NCBI GenBank assembly: GCA_965262615.1
Contig: OZ253545.1
Location: forward strand, 1,024,001-1,088,000
Direction: 5' to 3'
Origin: Alphaproteobacteria bacterium
Lineage (GTDB): Bacteria > Pseudomonadota > Alphaproteobacteria > GM7ARS4 > G965262615
Length of the DNA stretch: 64,000 bases
In this document: positions 1 to 11,852 of the stretch, piece by piece
How the letters are laid out: each line of letters opens with the position of its first letter
How positions within the stretch are numbered: position 1 is the first letter of the stretch
Program-made: the position numbers and the translations under genes
Notes under the pieces: generated by a model
Told to the model about the DNA's origin: nothing
What the model saw: the letters and a program-made list of their open reading frames with translations, nothing else
The model's database searches: none

Positions 1-2604
1 TCTGTGGAGGAGCTGGAACACGCCTTGAGTCGGGGTGTGTTGGATTTGCAGGCGAGCATTCAATTGCGGATGAATTATGTCACCGATGAGGGCAAGACGG
101 TGTATGGCAGAGTGCAGACCACGGCGGGGCGCGTGAAGATTGCCGAATTTTTGCCTCTTCATGAGAATGTTCCGTTTTCCTTGATTAATCGTGTTTTGAC
201 CAAGAAGGATATTAGTCATGCGATGGATGTGGTGTATCGTCACTGCGGACAAAAGGAGACGGTTCTTTTTGCGGATCGCTTGATGCGTCTTGGCTTTCGG
301 GAGGCGTGTCGTGCGGGGGTGTCCATCGGCAAGGATGATTTGATTATTCCGCGCAGCAAAAATAACTTGGTGCAAGAAGCCAATCAAAAAGCCAAGGATT
401 TCGAACAGCAGTACTTGGATGGCTTGATCACCCAAGGCGAGAAATACAATAAGGTGGTGGATTTATGGACCAATTGCACCGATGCGGTTGCCGATGAAAT
501 GATGGGCGAGATTACCCCTCAGGATGAGGGCAAACGGGGCTTTAATTCGGTGTATATGATGGCGCACTCGGGAGCTCGCAGTTCGCGCGATCAGCTCAAG
601 CAGTTGGCGGGGATGCGGGGTCCGATGGCTCGTCCTTCGGGCGAGATTATTGAGACACCGATTATTTCGAATTTCAAGGAGGGATTGTCGGTTTTGGAGT
701 ATTTCAATTCCACGCATGGAGCTCGCAAGGGCTTGGCGGATACGGCACTGAAGACGGCGAATTCGGGTTATTTGACGCGTCGCTTGGTGGATGTGGCACA
801 AGATTGCATCATCACGGAGGAAGACTGCGGCACACGCAAGGGCATTGCCATTGAGGCGGTGATTGAGGGCGGCGAGACCATCTCATCTCTTTATGATCGC
901 ATTTTGGGACGCTGTGCGGCGGAGGATATTGTTTCTGTGCGAGATGGCAAGGTTCTGGCATCGGCGGGGACACTGATTGATGAAAAAATCGCCCGCGCCA
1001 TTGAAGACGATGGCGTGACCCGTGTCTTATTGCGTTCGGTTTTGACCTGTGAAAGCCGCTCTGGCTGTTGTGCTCGGTGTTACGGGCGAGACTTGGCTCG
1101 GGGGGTTTTGGTGAACATCGGCGAGGCGGTGGGTGTGATTGCGGCTCAATCCATTGGCGAGCCGGGGACTCAATTGACCATGCGCACCTTTCACATTGGT
1201 GGGGCGGCACAGCGCGGGGCTGAGGAATCATCCTTGAAGGCGTTGTGTGACGGAACTCTGCGTTTGAACAAAGCCGATTGGGTTGAGAACGCCGATGGTC
1301 GCTTGGTGGCATTATCGCGCTATGTGGAGCTGGTGCTGGAGGAAAACGGCAAGGAGCGGGCGCGTCACCGTCTTCCTGTGGGGACGATTGTGCCATGCAA
1401 GAACAACGCTCAGGTGAAGGCGGGGGATTTGTTGGCGGAGTGGGATCCCTACAATGTCCCCATCATCGCCAAAGAGGATGGCACGGTGAGCTACGAGGAC
1501 ATCACACCGGGTTTGTCTATGCGCCAAGAAACCGATGAAACCACAGGCATCGTCAATAACATTATCACCGACTGGCGACAGCGCAAAGGCAGTGAGCTCA
1601 AACCAGCCGTGGTCGTCACCAATGAAAAGGGCACAGAGCATTACCACTTGATGGTGGATATGATTTTGTCGGTGGATGATAAGCAAAAGGTGAAAAAAGG
1701 CGATATTTTGGCTCGCTCGCCGCGTGAATTCTCCAAAACCCGAGACATCACGGGAGGCTTGCCTCGCGTTGCGGAATTGTTTGAGGCGCGCAAACCCAAA
1801 GATGTGGCGGTGCTGGCGGCAATTGAGGGCGTGGTGGAGATGGGAAAAGACTTCAAGGGCAAACGGCGCGTTGCCATCATTCCCGATGAGGGCGAGGAAG
1901 GCAGGCAGGAATATCTCATCGGCAAAGATAAGCATTTGCTGGTGCGCGAGGGCGATCGCGTCAGCCGCGGTGATTTGCTGGTGGAGGGCGACCCCTTGCT
2001 ACAGGATATTTTGGACATATCCGGCGTGGAAGCCATGGCGCATTTTTTGACCAAAGAAATCCAAGATGTCTATCGTCTGCAAGGCGTGAAGATTGATGAT
2101 AAACATGTGGAAGTCATCATGCGCCAGATGATGCGTAAAGTGGAAATTGTGGACGCAGGAGATTCTCACTATCTGGAAAGCGAACAGCTGGATGTGGAGA
2201 CCATGCGCGATCTGGAAGACCAACTGCGAACGGAAGGCAAAACGCCCCCCCGCTATAAGCGCATTTTGCTCGGCATCACCAAGGCGGCATTGAACACCCG
2301 CTCGTTCATATCGGCAGCATCGTTTCAAGAAACCACACGAGTTTTAACCGAAGCGGCAGTGTCCGGCAAGGAAGATGTCCTGGCAGGGCTCAAGGAAAAT
2401 GTCATCGTGGGACGACTCATTCCCGCCGGCACAGGATGCTACATGAATCAATTGCTCCATGAAGCACTGGAGCGAGATCGCAAATCATTGGCAGAACGAC
2501 AAAAAGAAGTGACGAGCAAAGGAACGGAATCTCTTCCCGCCACAGAAGGTGCTCAGGAGAGTGTTCAGCCTCCTCATCACGAAAAAGCCTTTGTGCAACA
2601 ATAA
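1..2604 (+). CDS. rpoC: DNA-directed RNA polymerase subunit beta', 5'-truncated by window edge
   Basis: [70 protein letters not shown] motifs. Confidence 0.99.
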   Translation, partial: SVEELEHALSRGVLDLQASIQLRMNYVTDEGKTVYGRVQTTAGRVKIAEFLPLHENVPFSLINRVLTKKDISHAMDVVYRHCGQKETVLFADRLMRLGFREACRAGVSIGKDDLIIPRSKNNLVQEANQKAKDFEQQYLDGLITQGEKYNKVVDLWTNCTDAVADEMMGEITPQDEGKRGFNSVYMMAHSGARSSRDQLKQLAGMRGPMARPSGEIIETPIISNFKEGLSVLEYFNSTHGARKGLADTALKTANSGYLTRRLVDVAQDCIITEEDCGTRKGIAIEAVIEGGETISSLYDRILGRCAAEDIVSVRDGKVLASAGTLIDEKIARAIEDDGVTRVLLRSVLTCESRSGCCARCYGRDLARGVLVNIGEAVGVIAAQSIGEPGTQLTMRTFHIGGAAQRGAEESSLKALCDGTLRLNKADWVENADGRLVALSRYVELVLEENGKERARHRLPVGTIVPCKNNAQVKAGDLLAEWDPYNVPIIAKEDGTVSYEDITPGLSMRQETDETTGIVNNIITDWRQRKGSELKPAVVVTNEKGTEHYHLMVDMILSVDDKQKVKKGDILARSPREFSKTRDITGGLPRVAELFEARKPKDVAVLAAIEGVVEMGKDFKGKRRVAIIPDEGEEGRQEYLIGKDKHLLVREGDRVSRGDLLVEGDPLLQDILDISGVEAMAHFLTKEIQDVYRLQGVKIDDKHVEVIMRQMMRKVEIVDAGDSHYLESEQLDVETMRDLEDQLRTEGKTPPRYKRILLGITKAALNTRSFISAASFQETTRVLTEAAVSGKEDVLAGLKENVIVGRLIPAGTGCYMNQLLHEALERDRKSLAERQKEVTSKGTESLPATEGAQESVQPPHHEKAFVQQ

Positions 2605-2622
2605 ACATCCACGCCAAAACCT

Positions 2623-2651
2623 TTGAATTACCTTATTGTGTGTGATAAAAT
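2623..2651 (+). promoter_or_regulatory. Putative sigma70 promoter (leaderless) for the ankyrin-helicase gene
   Basis: TTGAAT(2623-28), 17 bp, TGa-TAAAAT(2646-51), then 6 nt to ATG 2658; no Shine-Dalgarno. Confidence 0.6.
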
Positions 2652-2657
2652 GCCACA

Positions 2658-4418
2658 ATGAGCGACAAAGAAAAACTAATTGCCGAATGGCGAAGCGAGA
2701 TTGAACAAGGTCGTTGGAATGAGAATTTTTGGAAAAATCTCACTCCTGCGCGGTTACAGGAATTCATTGACGCGGATGCAGAAATCAATGCTCCAGACAG
2801 TTGGGGGTTCAGTCCAATTCATCGGATTGCTGAAAACAACGAAAATCCTGCTGTTATCAAAAAACTGACTGGTGCAGGAGCAGATATTCACAGCAAAGCA
2901 TATGGCTCGCCCCCTCTTCTTTATGCCGCCCAAAGTAATAGAGAGCCTGCCATCATTAAGGCACTCGTAGAGGCGGGAGCTAAAATCCATGAAGCAACCG
3001 AAAAATGCGGGAAAAACCAATCTTTTGTTGGAAACACCGCACTGCATTGGGCGGCTAGTTCAAATAAAAATGTTGCCGTTATCAAAGAGCTCATTGATGC
3101 AGGAGCAAATATCTATGAAAAAAATGCGGGTGGCTATACGGCTCATGATTTACTACTATCAAGGAATAGCGCGCTCAAAGACAATACAGAGGCTCAAGAG
3201 TTGTTGCGCGGCAAAACCACTAACAAAACCAGTCGTGATGACAATGATGAATATGCAACATCCATTCGCAATGATGAGTATGAGATGCCTCCTCGCAATG
3301 GATTGGAGGATGACAAGGAATATGCAAAAAAGGTCATAGAAGACTGGCTCACAAAGCCCACCCCTCAGATAGCGCGCCTATGGGGTCACGCAGGAACAGG
3401 CAAGACAACCTTTCTCCGTTCATTGGATTTTGGCAACATCAAACCTAGTTACTGTGCTTTCACAGGCAAAGCGGCAAGCGTCATGCGAAAAAAAGGAATG
3501 AAAAAAGCATCAACAATCCATAAGCTGATTTACATGCCCTATTACGGAAACTTGAACAAACCTAAACTCCGTCACTTTACAAGTAAATTAAACCTTATCA
3601 TCGTTGATGAGTGTAGCATGGTAAGTGAAAAAATGGGATTGGACTTATTGTCTGTTACTAAAAAAATTCTCGTTCTTGGCGATAAATATCAGCTTCCGCC
3701 AATGGAAGGAAAAGGTTTTTTCAATGGTGATGAATGTAATGCCATTGACCTTGAATTGAAAAAAATACATCGCCAAAAAGAGGATTCGCCAATAATAAAA
3801 TTTGCCACCCTCGCCAGAAATGGACAGGAAATACCGTTATCTAACAACACGATTTGCACGGTAGAAGATACTTCTATGCCTAATACCACCGAATCATTGC
3901 ACGAAAAGGGTGACATAATTATCTGTGCGCGAAATGACACAAGACACAAAATCAACGAAGAAGCTCTAACAAGGCAAGGTTTGACAAAAGATTGGCTGAT
4001 GGAAGGGATGCAAATTGTGTGCTTAAAAAACAACTATCGTCTTGAATTGTTCAATGGAACAATATGGATAGTAAAAGAAATCAGGGAAATCAAAGAACAT
4101 ACTGATGGTAAAAAGCAAAAGAGCTATTTAACCGCGGAATGTGTCTTGATGGATGATGAAGGAAATAGGAAAGAAGCTCATGTCATCAACTCTTCTTTCG
4201 GTGAAGATAATTACGATGAGTCACACATCAATAAAAATACCCACGCTGCTTTTGACTATGGCTATGCCATCACTTGTCACAAAGCACAAGGCTCTCAATG
4301 GGAGCGGGTGTCAATCTATGTAGAAATGCCGCGCTCATATGATGATTATAATCAATGGCTCTATACGGCTGCTACACGGGCGCAAAAAAGTCTCTATGTT
4401 TTATTTGCCAACGACTAA
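2658..4418 (+). CDS. Ankyrin-repeat / RecD-Dda-like SF1B DNA helicase fusion protein
   Basis: N-term ankyrin motifs (GFSPIHRIA, GSPPLLYAA, GNTALHWAA, GYTAHDL; LxxAGAxI); C-term GHAGTGKTT, AFTGKAA, STIHKLI, IIVDECSMV, LGDKYQLPP, IHRQ, YGYAITCHKAQGSQW, WLYTAATRA; AT-richer than flanks. Confidence 0.9.
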   Translation: MSDKEKLIAEWRSEIEQGRWNENFWKNLTPARLQEFIDADAEINAPDSWGFSPIHRIAENNENPAVIKKLTGAGADIHSKAYGSPPLLYAAQSNREPAIIKALVEAGAKIHEATEKCGKNQSFVGNTALHWAASSNKNVAVIKELIDAGANIYEKNAGGYTAHDLLLSRNSALKDNTEAQELLRGKTTNKTSRDDNDEYATSIRNDEYEMPPRNGLEDDKEYAKKVIEDWLTKPTPQIARLWGHAGTGKTTFLRSLDFGNIKPSYCAFTGKAASVMRKKGMKKASTIHKLIYMPYYGNLNKPKLRHFTSKLNLIIVDECSMVSEKMGLDLLSVTKKILVLGDKYQLPPMEGKGFFNGDECNAIDLELKKIHRQKEDSPIIKFATLARNGQEIPLSNNTICTVEDTSMPNTTESLHEKGDIIICARNDTRHKINEEALTRQGLTKDWLMEGMQIVCLKNNYRLELFNGTIWIVKEIREIKEHTDGKKQKSYLTAECVLMDDEGNRKEAHVINSSFGEDNYDESHINKNTHAAFDYGYAITCHKAQGSQWERVSIYVEMPRSYDDYNQWLYTAATRAQKSLYVLFAND

Positions 4419-4445
4419 TTGAGCATCAACTTTCTCTTGTCTCTA

Positions 4446-4503
4446 TTGACGAAACACGGTGAATTGGTGTAGAAGGTTTCTGTGCTGCCTTATTGGCGGC
4501 ACA
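4446..4503 (+). promoter_or_regulatory. Putative str-operon promoter and 5' leader hairpin
   Basis: TTGACG(4446-51), 18 bp, TAGAAG(4470-75); hairpin TGTGCTGCC-TTATT-GGCGGCACA at 4481-4503. Confidence 0.55.
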
Positions 4504-4541
4504 TTACTTATGGAAACGATCTATGATGCAGATGAGGGACA

Positions 4542-4913
4542 ATGCCTACTGTCAATCAATTGGTGCGCCAGCCGCGCAAGTCGGTGGTCAAGCGCAAGAA
4601 GGTTCCCGCCTTGCAATCCTGTCCGCAGAGACGGGGTGTCTGCACACGCGTTTATACCACGACACCTAAGAAGCCCAATTCGGCGTTACGGAAGGTGGCT
4701 CGGGTGCGTCTTTCCAATGGCTTTGAGGTGACCAGTTACATTCCCGGCGAGGGACATAATTTGCAGGAGCACTCATCGGTGTTGATTCGTGGCGGGCGGG
4801 TGAAGGATTTGCCTGGCGTTCGCTATCATATCATCAGGGGTGCATTGGATACCGAGGGCGTGAAGGATCGCCGCCAGCGGCGGTCGCTCTATGGCGTGAA
4901 GCGTCCCAAGTAA
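4542..4913 (+). CDS. rpsL: 30S ribosomal protein S12
   Basis: [23 protein letters not shown]. Confidence 0.99.
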   Translation: MPTVNQLVRQPRKSVVKRKKVPALQSCPQRRGVCTRVYTTTPKKPNSALRKVARVRLSNGFEVTSYIPGEGHNLQEHSSVLIRGGRVKDLPGVRYHIIRGALDTEGVKDRRQRRSLYGVKRPK

Positions 4914-4929
4914 CTGTGGAGAATTTGTG

Positions 4930-5400
4930 ATGTCACGGCGTCATTCAGCCAACAAGCGAGAGGTTTTACCTGATGTTCGTTATGGGGATGTGTCTTTGGC
5001 GCGTTTTGTCAATCAGGTGATGGTGTCTGGCAAAAAATCGGTTGCGGAGCGCATTGTGTATGCGGCGTTGGACTATGTGGGGGAACAGACAAAACGCCCT
5101 CCCATTGAGGTTTTTCGTGCGGCGATGGACCATGTGCGCCCAGGGGTTGAGGTGCGTTCTCGCCGCGTGGGCGGTGCGACCTATCAGATTCCGATGGAGG
5201 TGCGTGCCAGTCGAGCCGAGACGCTGGCGATGCGCTGGCTGATTGGCTCGGCGCGCAAGCGCAACGAGAAACGCATGGCAGACCGCTTGGCGCGTGAATT
5301 GCTGGAAGCCGCCGATGGCAGAGGCAGTGCCGTCAAAAAGCGTGAAGACACCCACAAAATGGCGGAAGCCAACCGCACCTACGCTCACTATCGCTGGTAA
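4930..5400 (+). CDS. rpsG: 30S ribosomal protein S7
   Basis: [22 protein letters not shown]; position in str operon. Confidence 0.99.
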   Translation: MSRRHSANKREVLPDVRYGDVSLARFVNQVMVSGKKSVAERIVYAALDYVGEQTKRPPIEVFRAAMDHVRPGVEVRSRRVGGATYQIPMEVRASRAETLAMRWLIGSARKRNEKRMADRLARELLEAADGRGSAVKKREDTHKMAEANRTYAHYRW

Positions 5401-5415
5401 CAGGAGTGCAGAATT

Positions 5416-7494
5416 ATGGCTGAACGGCATCCTATTGAACGGTATCGCAACATTGGCATCATGGCGCACATTGATGCCGGCAAGACCACCACCACTGAGC
5501 GCGTTTTGTATTATACCGGACGCACTCACAAGATTGGTGAGGTGCATGAGGGCGCGGCGGTGATGGATTGGATGGAACAAGAACAAGAGCGCGGCATTAC
5601 CATCACATCGGCGGCGACCACATGTTTTTGGAAGGAGCACCGCATTAACATTATTGACACCCCCGGGCATGTGGATTTCACCATTGAGGTGGAGCGGTCG
5701 TTGCGCGTTTTGGATGGTGCGGTGTGTGTGTTTGACGGTGTGGCGGGCGTGGAGCCGCAATCGGAGACGGTGTGGCGGCAGGCGGATCGCTATCGGGTGC
5801 CGCGTTTGTGTTTTGTCAACAAGCTGGATCGCACGGGGGCGGATTTTGATCGGTGCGTCACCATGATTCAGAATCGCTTGGGTGCAGAGCCACTATTACT
5901 TCAACTGCCCTATGGACTGGAGAGCGACCTCAAGGGGCTGATTGATTTGGTCACCATGAAGGCGGTGGTGTGGAAGGACGAAACCCTTGGCAGTGAATAC
6001 GAAGAGGTTGATATTCCTGCCGCTATGCAATCAGAGGTGCAAAAGGCGCGTGAAGCTCTGGTGGAGCGGGCGGTGGAGATGGATGACAGCGTCATGGAAG
6101 CTTACCTTGAAGGCACAGAGCCCGATGTGGAGGCTTTGCGGGGCTGTATTCGTAAGGGATGTTTGGCGTTTTCGTTTGTGCCTGTGTTGTGTGGCTCGGC
6201 GTTTAAGAATAAGGGCGTTCAGCCGTTGTTGGATGCCATTATTCATTATTTGCCGTCACCGTTGGACATTGGCTCGGTGAAGGGCACGGATGTCTCTGGC
6301 GAGAACGAAATGACGCGCGAGGCAAAAGATTCAGAACCATGTGCGGCACTGGCATTTAAGGTTGCGACCGACCCGTTTGTGGGCTCATTGACTTTTTGCC
6401 GCGTGTATTCGGGCACTGTTGAGACGGGGATGTCCTTGCTCAATGTGGTGAAGGATAAAAAAGAGCGGGTGGGGCGCATGATGATGATGCATGCCAATCA
6501 CAGAGAGGATATCAAGAAGGCTCATGCGGGGGATATCATTGCCATTGCGGGACTCAAAAACACCGTGACGGGCGACACACTGAGTTTGTCGGACAAGCCG
6601 ATTTTGCTGGAGAGCATGGATTTTCCTGACCCCGTGATTGAGGTGGCGGTTGAGCCTGAAAGCAAGGCGGATCAAGAAAAAATGAGCTTGGCGTTGGGAC
6701 GCTTGGCGGCGGAAGACCCGTCATTTCGAGTGAGCAGTGATGAAGAGAGCGGACAGACGGTCATCAAGGGCATGGGCGAGCTGCATCTGGAGATTATTGT
6801 GGATCGTATGAAGCGAGAGTTCAATGTGAATGCGTCTGTGGGCGAGCCACAGGTGGCGTATCGGGAGACCATCACCAAGGGCAGTGATGTGGATTATACC
6901 CATAAGAAGCAAACGGGGGGTGCGGGTCAGTTTGCGCGTGTGATTATGTCGTTTGAGCCGTTGTCTGCGGGCGAGGGTTTTGTGTTTGAGTCTAAGGTTG
7001 TGGGGGGGCGCGTTCCCAAAGAGTATATTCCGGGTGTTGAGAAGGGTTTGCGTCAATCCATTGAGGCGGGCATTGTGGCGGGGTTTCCTGTGATTGATTT
7101 CAAGGCGGTCTTGAAAGATGGTGCGTTTCACGATGTGGATTCCAGCGTTCTTGCCTTTGAGGTGGCGGCACGAGCGGCGTTTCGTGAGGCTATTGGCAAG
7201 GCATCTCCTGTGTTGCTGGAGCCGGTGATGCGTGTGGAGGTGGTGACGCCTGAGGAATACATGGGGGATATTATTGGTGATTTGAATTCACGGCGGGGTC
7301 AGGTGTCCGGCATGGAGGCGCGCGGCAATGCGCAGGTGGTGGGGGCGATGGTGCCTTTGGCGTCCATGTTTGGCTATGTCAATGACTTGCGGTCAATGAG
7401 TCAGGGGCGCGCCAGCTATTCCATGCACTTTGATCACTATGAACCCGTGCCTTCCCATGTGGCGGAGAGCATCAAGGAGCGGTACGCCGCTTAA
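5416..7494 (+). CDS. fusA: Elongation factor G
   Basis: [30 protein letters not shown]. Confidence 0.99.
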   Translation: MAERHPIERYRNIGIMAHIDAGKTTTTERVLYYTGRTHKIGEVHEGAAVMDWMEQEQERGITITSAATTCFWKEHRINIIDTPGHVDFTIEVERSLRVLDGAVCVFDGVAGVEPQSETVWRQADRYRVPRLCFVNKLDRTGADFDRCVTMIQNRLGAEPLLLQLPYGLESDLKGLIDLVTMKAVVWKDETLGSEYEEVDIPAAMQSEVQKAREALVERAVEMDDSVMEAYLEGTEPDVEALRGCIRKGCLAFSFVPVLCGSAFKNKGVQPLLDAIIHYLPSPLDIGSVKGTDVSGENEMTREAKDSEPCAALAFKVATDPFVGSLTFCRVYSGTVETGMSLLNVVKDKKERVGRMMMMHANHREDIKKAHAGDIIAIAGLKNTVTGDTLSLSDKPILLESMDFPDPVIEVAVEPESKADQEKMSLALGRLAAEDPSFRVSSDEESGQTVIKGMGELHLEIIVDRMKREFNVNASVGEPQVAYRETITKGSDVDYTHKKQTGGAGQFARVIMSFEPLSAGEGFVFESKVVGGRVPKEYIPGVEKGLRQSIEAGIVAGFPVIDFKAVLKDGAFHDVDSSVLAFEVAARAAFREAIGKASPVLLEPVMRVEVVTPEEYMGDIIGDLNSRRGQVSGMEARGNAQVVGAMVPLASMFGYVNDLRSMSQGRASYSMHFDHYEPVPSHVAESIKERYAA

Positions 7495-7513
7495 ACCATG
7501 AGGAGATAAGACA

Positions 7514-8704
7514 ATGGCAAAGGCTACTTTTGAACGCACCAAGCCTCACTGCAATGTGGGAACAATCGGACATGTGGATCACGGCAAAACCACACTCACC
7601 GCCGCCATCACCAAAGTGCTGGCGGAGAAAGGCGGCGCAGAATTTCAAGCCTATGATTCAATTGATAAAGCTCCCGAGGAAAAAGAACGCGGCATCACCA
7701 TCGCCACATCCCATGTGGAGTATGAGACCGACAAACGCCACTATGCCCATGTTGACTGCCCCGGACACGCCGACTATGTGAAAAACATGATCACGGGGGC
7801 GGCGCAAATGGATGGCGCAATTCTCGTGGTGTCGGCATCGGACGGTGCCATGCCGCAGACAAGAGAGCACATTCTGCTCGCCCGTCAGGTGGGCGTTCCC
7901 GCCATTGTTGTGTATCTCAACAAGGTCGACCAAGTGGATGACCCCGAACTGCTGGAACTGGTGGAACTGGAACTGCGCGAACTGCTGAGCTCTTACGAAT
8001 TCCCCGGTGACGACATTCCCATCATCAAAGGCTCGGCTCTGGCGGCGGTGGAAGGCAAGGATAATGAGACGGGAGCAAAATCAATTGAGGGCTTGATGAC
8101 GGCGATTGATGACTACATTCCTCAGCCCGACCGTCCCAAAGACCAGCCGTTTTTGATGCCCATTGAGGATGTGTTTTCCATCTCGGGGCGCGGCACTGTG
8201 GTGACGGGGCGCGTGGAGCGGGGCATTGTGTCTGTGAATGACGAGATTGAGATTGTGGGCATCAAGGACACCGCCAAGACCGTCTGCACGGGGGTTGAGA
8301 TGTTTCGCAAGTTGCTGGATCAAGGCGAAGCTGGCGATAATGTGGGCGTTTTGCTTCGTGGCACAAAGCGTGAAGAGATTCAGCGCGGTCAGGTGCTGGC
8401 GGCACCAGGGAGCATCACGCCGCACAAAAAGTTCAAGGCAGAAGCGTATGTGCTGAAGAAAGAGGAAGGGGGTCGTCACACGCCGTTTCAGAGCAACTAT
8501 CGCCCGCAATTTTATTTTCGCACCACCGATGTGACGGGAACGATTGAGTTGCCGTCTGGTGTTGAGATGGTGATGCCGGGGGACAATGTGACGATGATTG
8601 TGAACTTGCTGACTCCCATTGCCATGGACAAGGGCTTGCGTTTTGCCATTCGCGAAGGCGGTCGCACTGTGGGCGCGGGCGTTGTTGCCGAGATTTTGGA
8701 GTAG
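7514..8704 (+). CDS. tuf: Elongation factor Tu
   Basis: [39 protein letters not shown]; AGGAG SD upstream. Confidence 0.99.
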   Translation: MAKATFERTKPHCNVGTIGHVDHGKTTLTAAITKVLAEKGGAEFQAYDSIDKAPEEKERGITIATSHVEYETDKRHYAHVDCPGHADYVKNMITGAAQMDGAILVVSASDGAMPQTREHILLARQVGVPAIVVYLNKVDQVDDPELLELVELELRELLSSYEFPGDDIPIIKGSALAAVEGKDNETGAKSIEGLMTAIDDYIPQPDRPKDQPFLMPIEDVFSISGRGTVVTGRVERGIVSVNDEIEIVGIKDTAKTVCTGVEMFRKLLDQGEAGDNVGVLLRGTKREEIQRGQVLAAPGSITPHKKFKAEAYVLKKEEGGRHTPFQSNYRPQFYFRTTDVTGTIELPSGVEMVMPGDNVTMIVNLLTPIAMDKGLRFAIREGGRTVGAGVVAEILE

Positions 8705-8709
8705 TGTGA

Positions 8710-9018
8710 GTGGCAAAAGGACGGAACATTAGAATCAAATTGCGGGCGTTTGACCATCGGGTGTTGGATCGCTCGGTGGGCGAGATTGTGCGCACCGCTC
8801 AGCGCACGGGCGCGCGCACTTGCTGCGTTCCTCTGCCCACGCGCATTGAACGATTCACTTTGCTGCGTTCGCCTCATGTGGATAAGAATTCACGCGATCA
8901 GTTGGAAATTCGCACTCACAAACGCCTCATTGATATTGCCGACCCCACGCCACAAACAATGGATGACCTCATGAAGCTGGATTTGACTTCGGGTGTCAAT
9001 GTGGAGATTGACACATGA
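8710..9018 (+). CDS. rpsJ: 30S ribosomal protein S10
   Basis: [29 protein letters not shown]; GTG start. Confidence 0.97.
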   Translation: MAKGRNIRIKLRAFDHRVLDRSVGEIVRTAQRTGARTCCVPLPTRIERFTLLRSPHVDKNSRDQLEIRTHKRLIDIADPTPQTMDDLMKLDLTSGVNVEIDT

Positions 9019-9752
9019 CTGAGACACGGCGCAATGGTTTGTGGATGAAGAAAGTGGGCATGAGTCGTGCCTTCACCCCTGATGGTGCGCACATTCCTGT
9101 GACGCTGTTGCATCTTGAATCGTGTCATGTGGTGTCGCTGCTCTCTGAGGACAAGGCGGGCTATGAGGGGGTGCGTCTGGCTTTTGGTATGAAAAAAGAG
9201 AAAAATGTGAGCAAATCGGTGCGCGGCGTGTATCAAAAAGCCATGCAGCAGAACAAAGAGATGGCGATGCCGGCGTTCAGCAGAGAATTTCGCACATCAG
9301 GAATTGATGGGTTGCAGGTGGGTGATGCCATCACGGTGGGACATTTCATTGTGGGTCAGAAGGTGGATGTGCGGGCGCGCTCTAAGGGGCGCGGGTTCAG
9401 TGGGGTCATCAAGCGTCATAATTTTGGCGGACTGGCGGCATCTCACGGGGTTTCTATTTCTCATCGCTCCCATGGTTCAACGGGTCACTCGCAAGATCCG
9501 GGGCGCGTGTTTAAGGGCAAGAAAATGGCGGGACAATACGGCAATCGCTGGTGTCGTGTGCAGAATTTGGAGGTGATGGCGGTGGATGAGGACAATGGCA
9601 TTATTTGTCTGCGCGGCGGTGTGCCCGGGGCGATTGGAGGCTATGTGCAGGTGACCGATGCCATAAAACAGCCAACGCCACAAGTTGTTAAACAGTCAGA
9701 GTCTCATCAAGATAAGGCTCAAGAATTAGAAACACAAAAGGCTTCATCATGA
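9015..9752 (+). CDS. rplC: 50S ribosomal protein L3
   Basis: [39 protein letters not shown]. Confidence 0.98.
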   Translation: MTETRRNGLWMKKVGMSRAFTPDGAHIPVTLLHLESCHVVSLLSEDKAGYEGVRLAFGMKKEKNVSKSVRGVYQKAMQQNKEMAMPAFSREFRTSGIDGLQVGDAITVGHFIVGQKVDVRARSKGRGFSGVIKRHNFGGLAASHGVSISHRSHGSTGHSQDPGRVFKGKKMAGQYGNRWCRVQNLEVMAVDEDNGIICLRGGVPGAIGGYVQVTDAIKQPTPQVVKQSESHQDKAQELETQKASS

Positions 9753-10369
9753 AGTTACCTTTGTATCATCTTTTACAATCATCGGTGTCATCCATTGATG
9801 TGACCGATGCGTTGTTTGTCGCCAAGCCTCATCGTGATGTGTTGGAGCGTGTGGTGCGTTGGCAGTTGGCAAAGCGTCAGAGTGGACATCATTCGGTGCT
9901 GGGCATGGGGGAGGTGCGCGGCAGCACGGCTAAACCATGGCGGCAGAAAAAGACTGGACGCGCCCGACAAGGCTCGCGTCATGGTCCTCATTTTCGTGGT
10001 GGCGGTGTGGTGTTTGGTCCTGTGGTGCGCTCTCATGCGCATCAATTGCCCAAGCGTGTGCGTCAGTTGGCTCTTAAGAGTGCGTTGTCGGTCAAGCGCG
10101 ATGCGCAATCGCTGTTTGTTGTGGAATCCATGCATTTGCAAGAAGGCAAGACGAAAATCATGGCACAAGCTCTTGCCATGATGAATGTGCGCTCTGCCAT
10201 GTTGGTAACGGGTGAGACGCTGGATGAGCCTTTGCGCCGCGCCACTCGCAATCTGCCTCATGTGATGGCGGTGAGTCAGGCGGGCATCAATGCCTATGAT
10301 ATTTTGCGTCATGATCATTTGTTGGTGAGCAAAGATGCCCTGCCCTATTTGGAGGTGCGCCTCTCATGA
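9749..10369 (+). CDS. rplD: 50S ribosomal protein L4
   Basis: [24 protein letters not shown]. Confidence 0.98.
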   Translation: MKLPLYHLLQSSVSSIDVTDALFVAKPHRDVLERVVRWQLAKRQSGHHSVLGMGEVRGSTAKPWRQKKTGRARQGSRHGPHFRGGGVVFGPVVRSHAHQLPKRVRQLALKSALSVKRDAQSLFVVESMHLQEGKTKIMAQALAMMNVRSAMLVTGETLDEPLRRATRNLPHVMAVSQAGINAYDILRHDHLLVSKDALPYLEVRLS

Positions 10370-10725
10370 GCAAAAAAATGACCAAAACGGCTAGAACAGC
10401 CAATAAAATGGAACGCAGCAGCGATGTGGTGGCGCACGACTGCTCGCTGTTGCTCTCGCCTGTGGTGACGGAAAAAGCCGTTGGCTGCAGTGAGCACAAT
10501 CAGGTGGTGTTCAAAGTGCGATTGGACGCTGACAAAAAATCTGTCGCCCGTGCGGTTCAGGAATTGTTCGGCGTGACGGTGCTGAAAGTCAATACAATTC
10601 GGCAAAAGGGCAAAGTGAAGCGATTCAGAGGCATCAAGGGCGTGCGCAGTGATTATAAAAAGGCAATTCTTACACTAAAAAAAGGACAGCAAATTGACCT
10701 GTCCGAAGGTGTCAAGGAGAATTAG
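10366..10725 (+). CDS. rplW: 50S ribosomal protein L23
   Basis: [19 protein letters not shown]; exact start uncertain. Confidence 0.95.
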   Translation: MSKKMTKTARTANKMERSSDVVAHDCSLLLSPVVTEKAVGCSEHNQVVFKVRLDADKKSVARAVQELFGVTVLKVNTIRQKGKVKRFRGIKGVRSDYKKAILTLKKGQQIDLSEGVKEN

Positions 10726-10726
10726 A

Positions 10727-11566
10727 ATGGCTCTCAAGACGCACATGCCCACAACGCCCGGCAGACGCTTTTTGATCAGCATTGATCGGCGTGGTCTGTG
10801 GAAGGGCTCGCCCGTGCCTTCTTTGACGAAGGGACTCTCCAAAACGGGCGGACGCAACAACAAGGGACGCATCACCGCCTATCATCGCGGCGGCGGACAC
10901 AAACGGCGGTATCGCATCATTGATTTCAAACGCGCCAAACGAGATATGGAAGCCAGCGTGGTGCGGCTGGAATATGATCCCAATCGCAGTGGGTTCATCG
11001 CCTTGTTGGAATACAAGGACGAGACATTGTCTTACATTCTTGCCCCGCAGGATTTGAACACGGGCGACAAGGTGATGGCGAGCGAAGAATCCGATATCAA
11101 GGTGGGATGTGCGTTGCCTCTGTGGCGCATTCCTGTGGGGACGGTGGTTCACAATGTGGAGTTGAAACCGGGCAAAGGCGGACAGCTGGCACGGTCGGCG
11201 GGGACTTCGGTGCAGATTATCGGACGAGATGCCGGCTATGTGCAGTTGCGTCTGACATCGGGCGAGTTGCGCTCGGTATTGGGACAGTGCTGGGCGACCG
11301 TTGGCATGGTGTCTAATCCTGATCAAAAAAATCGCCGTTTGGGCAAGGCGGGACGCAATCGCTGGCTGGGACGGCGTCCTGTGGTGCGCGGCTCGGCGAT
11401 GAATCCTGTGGATCATCCGCACGGCGGCGGTGAGGGCAAATCTAAAGGCGGACGGCATCCTGTCACGCCGTGGGGCGTGGCAACCAAGGGCAAGCGCACC
11501 CGTCATAATCCTGCCACCGATCGCTTTATCATTCGCCGCAGACCGCAAAAACGCAAAAAACGGTAA
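10727..11566 (+). CDS. rplB: 50S ribosomal protein L2
   Basis: [29 protein letters not shown]. Confidence 0.99.
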   Translation: MALKTHMPTTPGRRFLISIDRRGLWKGSPVPSLTKGLSKTGGRNNKGRITAYHRGGGHKRRYRIIDFKRAKRDMEASVVRLEYDPNRSGFIALLEYKDETLSYILAPQDLNTGDKVMASEESDIKVGCALPLWRIPVGTVVHNVELKPGKGGQLARSAGTSVQIIGRDAGYVQLRLTSGELRSVLGQCWATVGMVSNPDQKNRRLGKAGRNRWLGRRPVVRGSAMNPVDHPHGGGEGKSKGGRHPVTPWGVATKGKRTRHNPATDRFIIRRRPQKRKKR

Positions 11567-11571
11567 TCATC

Positions 11572-11850
11572 ATGACGCGATCTGTATGGAAAGGACCCTT
11601 TGTGGATGCGGTGCTGCTCAAAAAAGCCGAGCAGGCTCACAGTTCTGGGCGGCGCGATGCCATCAAGACATGGTCGCGCCGCTCCACCATTTTGCCCAAT
11701 TTTGTGGGTTTGACATTTGCCGTTCACAATGGACGAAAACATATTCCCGTGTTTGTCACGGAGAACATGGTGGGGCATAAGCTGGGTGAGTTTGCTCCGA
11801 CGCGCACCTATCACGGTCATGGTGGCGATAAAAAGGCAAAACGAGGATAA
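11572..11850 (+). CDS. rpsS: 30S ribosomal protein S19
   Basis: [22 protein letters not shown]. Confidence 0.99.
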   Translation: MTRSVWKGPFVDAVLLKKAEQAHSSGRRDAIKTWSRRSTILPNFVGLTFAVHNGRKHIPVFVTENMVGHKLGEFAPTRTYHGHGGDKKAKRG

Positions 11851-11852
11851 TT

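Noticed and set aside
4419-4439. TTGA-GCA-TCAA followed by a pyrimidine run as a terminator
   Set aside because: Stem of 4 bp is too weak to support
2605-4445. Prophage or mobile-element call for the helicase insert
   Set aside because: No integrase, transposase, terminal repeats or target duplication visible
7945-7987. GAACTG repeats in tuf
   Set aside because: Encodes the normal [14 protein letters not shown] helix
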